From Candidatus Omnitrophota bacterium (GTDB lineage Bacteria > Omnitrophota > Gorgyraeia > Zapsychrales > JBAZNR01), in NCBI GenBank assembly GCA_041649175.1, contig JBAZNR010000002.1, positions 257,766-321,765 of the forward strand: DNA of 64,000 nucleotides, given 5' to 3'. Below the pieces are notes generated by a model. The model did not search any database, was not told the DNA's origin, and saw only the letters and a program-made list of their open reading frames with translations. This document shows positions 58,232 through 64,000 of the stretch, piece by piece. How positions within the stretch are numbered: position 1 is the first letter of the stretch; each line of letters starts with the position of its first letter. A program made the translations under genes and the position numbers.

Positions 58232-58738
58232 ATGAAGTTAGCAGAAATAGATCTTTCACCTGAATCAGGCCGCCCTTTTGCCACAAACGCTAGGTTTTGT
58301 TTCGCTTCAAAAGCAAGCAAAACAAAACCCGCGTGGCTTAGGGTCTTCGACCGCACGAAAAAAAGCCTACTAGGAGGCGGCCCTTCCGGCATCGGTCCCC
58401 AAAAAACCACTTCCTATTCTTATGATCTTGCCGATCAATTAGTTAAACTGGATAACTCGATACCAACGACAAGCACTGTTCCCGACGCCGGAATTATTTC
58501 ACAATTAAGTTATGGATATGACTTGGCTGGAAACCGTGTTGTGAAGAAAACACTCTCCGTAAGAACAGATCCGAATGGGACTGGCAATACACCGCATTTT
58601 ACTTCAACGACGTTAAAAGAAATCTACAGCTACGACCCGACGTATCAAATAACAGATTTTGATATTTCTACGGAAACGTCCGTCACCCATCACAGCTTTG
58701 CTTATGATTTGCTAGGGAATAGAACTCAAGCCTCGTAA
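58232..58738 (+). pseudogene. orphan Rhs fragment: ORF whose last ~130 codons duplicate an internal segment of the upstream Rhs core
   Basis: nt ~58351-58732 align with nt ~56237-56617 at roughly 90% identity (KKSLLGGGP[ST]GIGPQKTTSYSYDLADQLVKLDNSIPTTSTVPDAGIISQLSYGYDLAGNR…TLSVRTDPNGTGNTPHFTSTTLKEIYSYDPTYQI…SVTHHSFAYDLLGNRTQA). The first ~40 codons of the ORF are unrelated. No signal peptide, no core end motif, no toxin domain. Confidence 0.6.
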
Positions 58739-58767
58739 CATTGCTATCATGACATAGCAATTATCTA

Positions 58768-58796
58768 TTGACACCAAATTTTCCATACGTTATATT
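58768..58796 (+). promoter_or_regulatory. near-consensus sigma70 promoter (TTGACA-N17-TATATT) upstream of the 58848 membrane-protein gene
   Basis: ttgaca ccaaattttccatacgt tatatt, about 50 nt upstream of the ATG, which has a GGAGAGAG RBS. Confidence 0.45.
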
Positions 58797-58847
58797 GAAA
58801 ACCTTACTGGATTTGTCCCGACTCGCTAGATATAAGGAGAGAGAATT

Positions 58848-59351
58848 ATGTTAGCACTTGCACTACTTGCCATTGGAGTTATCTCACGACTCATTACTCA
58901 CGCACCGAATTTTAATCCTGTCATCGCCATTGCTTTATTTAGCGGAGTTTACGTGAGCAGGAAATACGCCATTATTTTGCCATTGGCATTAATGGTTTTA
59001 AGCGATGCTGTGATCGGATTTCACGATACAATATTTTTTACATGGGGAAGTGTTGCCCTTATTGCCGCCATAGGAGTTTGGGTGCGCAACCGCAAAAATC
59101 CCGCAACCATCATTGGCTCAACGCTTTTTTCGGCCGTTTTATTTTTTATCATCACCAATTTTGGCGCCTGGCTTTCTTTGTATCCAATGACACAAAAAGG
59201 ATTTATTGATTGCTACACCTTGGCTATTCCATTTTTCAGAACGACTCTTTTAAGCACAGCCGTTTACGCGGCTGTCTTTTTTATTACTTACGAGCTTATT
59301 GCTTTACGGGTTAAAGACACACGCTTTGCCCGCGCTCTTTTAACAACTTAA
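58848..59351 (+). CDS. small polytopic membrane protein (5-6 TM), ECF-transporter S-component-like; function unknown
   Basis: 167 aa, almost entirely hydrophobic helices (…NFNPVIAIALFSGVYVS…, …FFIITNFGAWLSL…). Sits just upstream of the cobalamin riboswitch-btuB unit but outside the riboswitch. Confidence 0.5.
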   Translation: MLALALLAIGVISRLITHAPNFNPVIAIALFSGVYVSRKYAIILPLALMVLSDAVIGFHDTIFFTWGSVALIAAIGVWVRNRKNPATIIGSTLFSAVLFFIITNFGAWLSLYPMTQKGFIDCYTLAIPFFRTTLLSTAVYAAVFFITYELIALRVKDTRFARALLTT

Positions 59352-59414
59352 TTTACTATTGGGTTTTCTGAATATGAAGAACTGATAGTTTTCCATCAGT
59401 TTTTCAGACTTCAG

Positions 59415-59700
59415 GATGGTTAGTTTTCAACTAACCAAGGGAAGTCCGTGAAATTCTTACCATAGGAATTAATTCGGACGCGGTCCCGCCGCTGTAATCC
59501 TTGATTTAAGCCTTTTAGCAAAGTTTGCCACTGTTCATCTGCGGATGAACGGGAAGGCCGCTAAAAGAAAAGGAAAGCCAGAAGACCTGCCTATAGTTAA
59601 CCACAAACCTGCGCGAGACAGGATCGAACACATTTAACCCGGGACTAAGATACAGGGTGCACTCCCAGATGATGATATTCGTCTGGGAGTTTTTTGTTTG
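59415..59700 (+). ncRNA. cobalamin (B12) riboswitch with terminator-type expression platform, in the btuB leader
   Basis: Conserved elements seen: AAGGGAAG…GUGAAAUUC…CGGACGCGGUCCCGCCGCUGUAA (core, with a GCCGCUG variant of GCCACUG), a second GCCACUG, and the classical B12 box AGCCAGAAGACCUGCC (59576-59591). Terminator hairpin cucccaga…ucugggag plus UUUUUUGUUUG at 59662-59699. Confidence 0.7.
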
Positions 59701-59733
59701 ATCTTGCCTTGCCTTCGCCACAAGGAGGGCGCC

Positions 59734-61746
59734 ATGAACAAAAGATTATTAGGATTACTATTGTGCTTTTGCGTTGCCGCAAGCGGCAACGCAAAAGCAC
59801 AAAACGCGGCAGAAACCGAGCTAGACCCTATCGTTATTTCTACCAGCCGCATCGCGCACCACGATTACAAACTGACCGGTAATATTACGGTCATTCAAGG
59901 TGAGGATATTACCGCGTCCACCGCACAAAATATCCCGGAGCTTTTAAACGAAACGCTCGCCATCCACGTGACCGATACCGGCACATCCAAAACATCCACG
60001 CTGGATATCCGCGGCTTTGGCGACACCGCCGCACGCAATATCTTGGTTTTAGTCAATGACCGCATTTTAAATACGGTGGACATTTCGCCGCCGGATCTGA
60101 TGCAAATTCCATTAAGCTCGGTCGAGCGTATTGAAATTATCCGCGGAGCCGGTTCCGTCCTTTATGGCGACCGCGCGGTCGGAGGCGTCATCAACATCAT
60201 CACCAAAAAAGGAAAAGGGAATTTGTCCGGAAAATTTGGTTCGTCCATCGGAAGCTACGATAAACGAGAAACGGATATAGAGCTTTCCGGCTCTAAGGGC
60301 GACTTTGCTTATTTTCTATATTCTCTCTACAAGGACGACCGCGGATACCGGCAAAATAGCGATGTTTTATCCAAAAGTTTTAACACCCGTCTTGATTATG
60401 AATTATCCAATAAATTCGCGGCCGATATTGACCTTAGCCATCATGAAGATAGCTATGGTTTGCCCGGATACTTGACCGGACCTAATTTATCAGCGCTAGG
60501 GCCACGGGCGAGCACTTTCCCGAATGATTTTGCCCGAAGCAAAGATGATAATTTAAAGTTGGGTTTTAACATCACTCCTTGGCCGGAAAATCTTTATTTA
60601 GGAAGCTTAGGCGTAAATCTTTATTATCGCGACCGCAATATTTTTGACAGTTTTGATTTTGGGATGAGTTTGCCGTATAAAACAAATCGCAGTACTCGAA
60701 CAAAAGGGCTTGGCACGAAATACATCTTTGACCACGAGGTTTTTAATAAGGAGCTTCATTTTGTTACGGGAGTTGATCTTTACGATACGGAGAATGACAT
60801 TATCGGCAGCGGATCAAATCCGGATGATGTCACCATCTCCAGGACCGATGTGGGATTATTCGGGCAAGCAGAGTATGAAGCCTTGGACAATATTTTTGTT
60901 AACGCGGGACTGCGTTATGCGAGGGCTGATTACGCCTTTAGCCAAAGAAATAGCGCCGTGGATGAAAAAAGAGACCCCGACGCGCTCGTTTATAACGGCG
61001 GGCTAAAATACGAATACGCCAAAGGGTCGAATGTTTATTTTAGCATTCAAAGGACATTTCGATTTCTCGCGACCGATGAATGGTACAGTTCTTCCACATT
61101 TTTTGGAGCGACCCCGGGGCTTAATTTAAACCTGGATCAGCAAAAGGGAATTCAATACGAGGCGGGCCTTAAACATAATTTAAACAACATCACGACGTTA
61201 AGCTTAACGCCTTATTGGATAGAAAATAGGAATGAAATTTATTTTGACCCCAGCGCCAGCGTAAATTCCAATTACAAGAAAACCACGCGTTATGGCGTAG
61301 AGGTCGGGCAGGAAACCGATATTGCCAAATTAATGAACATTGCTCTTTTGGATAAGCTGTCGCTTTCGACAAGCTATACATTCCAAAGGCCTTTTTTTAG
61401 CGGGGGAGCCAACGACGGGAAAATAATTCCTTTAGTACCGCGCCAGCAATTTACCACCACGCTAGCCGCGCAGTTTTGGGATCATTATAATGTTTCTTTG
61501 ATCACAACTTATGTCGGCGCGCAATTTGCCGTGAACGACGTCACCAATATCGTCCCCAAGGTTGAGCCCTATATCACGCTCGATGAAAAGATCTCTTATC
61601 AAAGAGAGAACTGGGAAATATTTGGCTCCATTAACAATATCTTTAATCAGCGGTATTCGCCGTATGTTTTTTCTTACGGAACGGCTCAGTATTTTTATCC
61701 GGCCCCGGGGCGGAATTTTATTTTCGGGACAAAAATTAAGTTTTAA
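59734..61746 (+). CDS. btuB: TonB-dependent outer-membrane receptor, likely cobalamin transporter BtuB
   Basis: Start at the ATG after the AAGGAGGG RBS (MNKRLLGLLLCFCVAASGNAKAQ signal). TonB box ELDPIVIST. Plug then 22-strand barrel. C-terminal …GTKIKF ending in Phe. B12 riboswitch in the leader. Confidence 0.85.
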   Translation: MNKRLLGLLLCFCVAASGNAKAQNAAETELDPIVISTSRIAHHDYKLTGNITVIQGEDITASTAQNIPELLNETLAIHVTDTGTSKTSTLDIRGFGDTAARNILVLVNDRILNTVDISPPDLMQIPLSSVERIEIIRGAGSVLYGDRAVGGVINIITKKGKGNLSGKFGSSIGSYDKRETDIELSGSKGDFAYFLYSLYKDDRGYRQNSDVLSKSFNTRLDYELSNKFAADIDLSHHEDSYGLPGYLTGPNLSALGPRASTFPNDFARSKDDNLKLGFNITPWPENLYLGSLGVNLYYRDRNIFDSFDFGMSLPYKTNRSTRTKGLGTKYIFDHEVFNKELHFVTGVDLYDTENDIIGSGSNPDDVTISRTDVGLFGQAEYEALDNIFVNAGLRYARADYAFSQRNSAVDEKRDPDALVYNGGLKYEYAKGSNVYFSIQRTFRFLATDEWYSSSTFFGATPGLNLNLDQQKGIQYEAGLKHNLNNITTLSLTPYWIENRNEIYFDPSASVNSNYKKTTRYGVEVGQETDIAKLMNIALLDKLSLSTSYTFQRPFFSGGANDGKIIPLVPRQQFTTTLAAQFWDHYNVSLITTYVGAQFAVNDVTNIVPKVEPYITLDEKISYQRENWEIFGSINNIFNQRYSPYVFSYGTAQYFYPAPGRNFIFGTKIKF

Positions 61747-61778
61747 ATCGCGCGCTTTGCGAGGAGTGATATACTACA

Positions 61779-61816
61779 GGGGCTGTTTGCGGCATGCCGC
61801 AAACAGCCCCATTTTT
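61779..61816 (+). terminator. rho-independent terminator after btuB (perfect 16-bp palindrome ggggctgtttgcggc/gccgcaaacagcccc plus ATTTTT)
   Basis: ggggctgtttgcggcatgccgcaaacagccccattttt. The T-tract abuts the first ATG of the next ORF. Confidence 0.65.
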
Positions 61817-63718
61817 ATGAAATTTCCTTTTATTGTTAATTTCACCGAAAAACTTTCCTTAAAGATCCTTTGGCTTTCCATTGGGCTATATGTTTTCGTT
61901 TTTTCGTCCTATTCTTACTTTAAATTCATATCCTTTTCCTATTTTGATTTCGATCTTGCCGTCCACGCGCAAGCCCTCTGGAACATTATTCACGGCTCCA
62001 GCGAAAGCTCTATTTTAGGGATCAACTTTCTGGGAAATCACGCGCATTTTATTTCTTTTCTCATCGCGCCCATTTACTTCATTGCTCCACATCCTTTAAC
62101 TTTGCTATTTTTACAAACACTGTCTTTGGGCTTAAGCGCTTATCCTATTTATCTGATCGCGCGTAAAGCATTAGATTACCGCTGGGCCACCGCCATCGCC
62201 GTGATCTATCTTTGTTATCCGGCGCTTGGATACGTTAATTTATTCGAATTTCATCCCACCGCATTCGCCACACTTTTCTTAGGGTTCACACTTTATTATT
62301 TTTATACCAAAAACTTTTCCAAATTCCTTATCTTTGCGTTTCTTTCCATGATCTGCCAGGAGAATATCCCGCTTGCCATCATTGCCCTCGGGCTTTACGC
62401 GCTTTTTATCCGCAGAACATTAAAATGGGTTCTTGTCCCGATTGTCGCCGGTACGCTGTATTTCTTGCTTTGCGTCAAAGTGTTTCTGCCGTATTTTAAT
62501 TCAAATACGATCCAATTTTCCATTCTTTATAGTCATCTAGGAAATTCTCCGCAAGAGATCCTTAAAACGATTTTCTTTGATCCGGTAAAAATGCTATTGC
62601 TCATTTTTTCCCCTGAAAAAATCTTTTATTTCTTTGAGGTTTTTGGCCCTCTGGGATTTTTGCCGTTTTTCTCTCCTTTGAGCCTTTTGATCTCCTTACC
62701 ATTTTTCTTGCAGCATTTACTTTCGCAGCGCCCCAATGAAGTCACATTGTATTTTCACTACATGGCGGAAATAATTCCTTTGATCTTCTTTGCCTTCATC
62801 CTTGGGATACAAAAACTGCTTAAAAGGGGAGCATTTCAGGGCCGACAGAAGATCTTGATAGGATCATTGGCGGCCCTTATCCTCTCATTTAATATCTTTT
62901 TAGGGCCGCAAACTCAATCATCCAACGGCCTAAAATACTTACACCAAAGCACGTTTGATCGTCAAAAAGAACAAATACTGAGCTTAATACCTCCCGGCGC
63001 GTCCGTTGCGGCAACGTTCGAATTCTTGCCGCGCCTAACAAGCCGAAAAGAGCTTTATTCGCTTCATCATATTTATGACGCGAAATACACGCTCTCAACA
63101 AAACCTTATGAAATTCCGGGCAATATCCAATATCTGCTTTTAGATGCCGCCGATCAGATGACATTTTCAAGCTTCTACGGGGCAGCCAGCTATCGGAATC
63201 TGCAAAATTTCCTGCAACAAGATCCCTGGGGCGCGATCGAGATAAAAAACACGGTCGTCCTCTGGAAAAAAAACGCGAACAGCGTCTATGATCCGCATTC
63301 TGTTTTGAAAACAGCGCCCGGCCCGCAATATCCGCTTCACGAAAATATCGGTAAAGATCTGATCTTTTTAGGTTATGATGTTAACGATATTGGTGGTGAT
63401 CAAATTTACCTTACGCTCTATTGGCAATGCATCAATAAAATTTCTGATGATATCGATATTATTTTTGATATTGTAGATAGAAACGGCACCATTGATCAAA
63501 GACTGATCCACCCGGCAGGGTATCGTATTTTTCCCACACAGTCCTGGCAACCCGGGCAATGGATCAAAGAAGACCATGTTCTTTTGACTCCTAAGAATTA
63601 CAGACGGGACAAGCTTAGCGTTGAAATAGGATTTTCCTCGTTTTTCAGCAAGAAAAGTTATGATATCAGCGATCACACGTTTGGGCGAATTCCGTTAACC
63701 GGAACAAAGGTAAAATAA
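61817..63718 (+). CDS. large polytopic membrane protein with soluble C-terminal domain (DUF2079-like; possibly GT-C-type glycosyltransferase)
   Basis: First ATG after the btuB terminator gives MKFPFIVNF…. It has no SD and abuts the terminator T-tract, so the true start may be a downstream non-ATG codon. About 12 TM helices, then a ~200-aa hydrophilic tail. The longer track ORF from 61562 overlaps btuB. Confidence 0.5.
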   Translation: MKFPFIVNFTEKLSLKILWLSIGLYVFVFSSYSYFKFISFSYFDFDLAVHAQALWNIIHGSSESSILGINFLGNHAHFISFLIAPIYFIAPHPLTLLFLQTLSLGLSAYPIYLIARKALDYRWATAIAVIYLCYPALGYVNLFEFHPTAFATLFLGFTLYYFYTKNFSKFLIFAFLSMICQENIPLAIIALGLYALFIRRTLKWVLVPIVAGTLYFLLCVKVFLPYFNSNTIQFSILYSHLGNSPQEILKTIFFDPVKMLLLIFSPEKIFYFFEVFGPLGFLPFFSPLSLLISLPFFLQHLLSQRPNEVTLYFHYMAEIIPLIFFAFILGIQKLLKRGAFQGRQKILIGSLAALILSFNIFLGPQTQSSNGLKYLHQSTFDRQKEQILSLIPPGASVAATFEFLPRLTSRKELYSLHHIYDAKYTLSTKPYEIPGNIQYLLLDAADQMTFSSFYGAASYRNLQNFLQQDPWGAIEIKNTVVLWKKNANSVYDPHSVLKTAPGPQYPLHENIGKDLIFLGYDVNDIGGDQIYLTLYWQCINKISDDIDIIFDIVDRNGTIDQRLIHPAGYRIFPTQSWQPGQWIKEDHVLLTPKNYRRDKLSVEIGFSSFFSKKSYDISDHTFGRIPLTGTKVK

Positions 63719-63723
63719 AGCTT

Positions 63724-64000
63724 ATGTCGATCAGCGTTAAATGCAATCTCTGCGGCGGCGATCACTACAGCGTTTTGTATCACGCCCGCGACCCAAAAGA
63801 AAAAAGCGACTCTGTTGCGCCCTACAAAATAACCGATCACGAAATTAATGTCCCGGTGCGCGTGGTTGTGTGTTTGCGCTGCGGACTCACTTACGCCAAC
63901 CCTCAGCCGGACAATAAAACGCTTATTTCCAGTTACGCGGAAATGACCGATGAGCCTTATTTGGAAGAAGAGCAAGGACGGCGCGCGGCCGCGCGCTTAA
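63724..64000 (+). CDS. 5' part of a gene with N-terminal CxxC…CxxC zinc-ribbon, as in zinc-ribbon-fused class I SAM-dependent methyltransferases (truncated by window end)
   Basis: MSISVKCNLCGGDHYSVLYHARDP…VVVCLRCGLTYANPQPDNKTL… has no stop before the window end. Confidence 0.35.
   Translation, partial: MSISVKCNLCGGDHYSVLYHARDPKEKSDSVAPYKITDHEINVPVRVVVCLRCGLTYANPQPDNKTLISSYAEMTDEPYLEEEQGRRAAARL

Noticed and set aside
58141-58410. 89-aa minus-strand ORF across the hairpin-rich spacer and the start of the orphan Rhs fragment
   Set aside because: Overlaps palindromic sequence that reads open on both strands. No RBS. Not supported.
61562-61816. Upstream extension of the DUF2079-like ORF (track ORF starts at 61562)
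   Set aside because: The extension overlaps the btuB 3' end and the btuB terminator palindrome. Its translation is unrelated to the hydrophobic body of the protein.

Overview
Single bacterial chromosomal segment, almost entirely plus-strand coding, with a housekeeping backbone and one accessory block. From start to end it contains: (1) a complete type IV pilus / T2SS-like assembly locus (PilM-PilN fusion, PilO, PilP-like, secretin, PilB ATPase, PilC platform) followed by seven tandem prepilin-type genes, four of which are Cys-rich paralogs; (2) tRNA-Ala, rsmE, a TPR-containing GT-C glycosyltransferase-like membrane protein, recA-htrA-recX-alaS, a hisD-B-H-A-F-I operon, trpE, rpsP, yajC, secDF, a compact mfd, surA-pdxA-ksgA, a minus-strand PilZ gene, gatCAB, ctpA, a YibQ-type deacetylase, tsaD, mgtC, a bactofilin fused to an excisionase-type HTH plus an adjacent HTH-TM protein, tRNA-Met, a secreted thermonuclease, tilS-ftsH-folP-cdaA with a cdaR stub, pdxJ-acpS and nnr; (3) an accessory block at about 49.7-58.8 kb made of a 1280-aa secreted beta-helix protein built from four near-identical ~580-bp tandem repeats, immediately followed by a Sec-signal-bearing Rhs/YD-repeat polymorphic toxin of 1404 aa with an unrecognised C-terminal toxin domain, a small candidate immunity gene, a hairpin-rich spacer and an orphan duplicate of an internal Rhs core segment; (4) a cobalamin riboswitch-btuB unit, a large polytopic membrane protein and the start of a zinc-ribbon methyltransferase-like gene. 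No rRNA, CRISPR, integrase or transposase was recognised. The most unusual loci are the Rhs/beta-helix block, the bactofilin-HTH pair and the Cys-rich pseudopilin set. All protein family calls are from reading the translated ORFs by eye; no database search was run.
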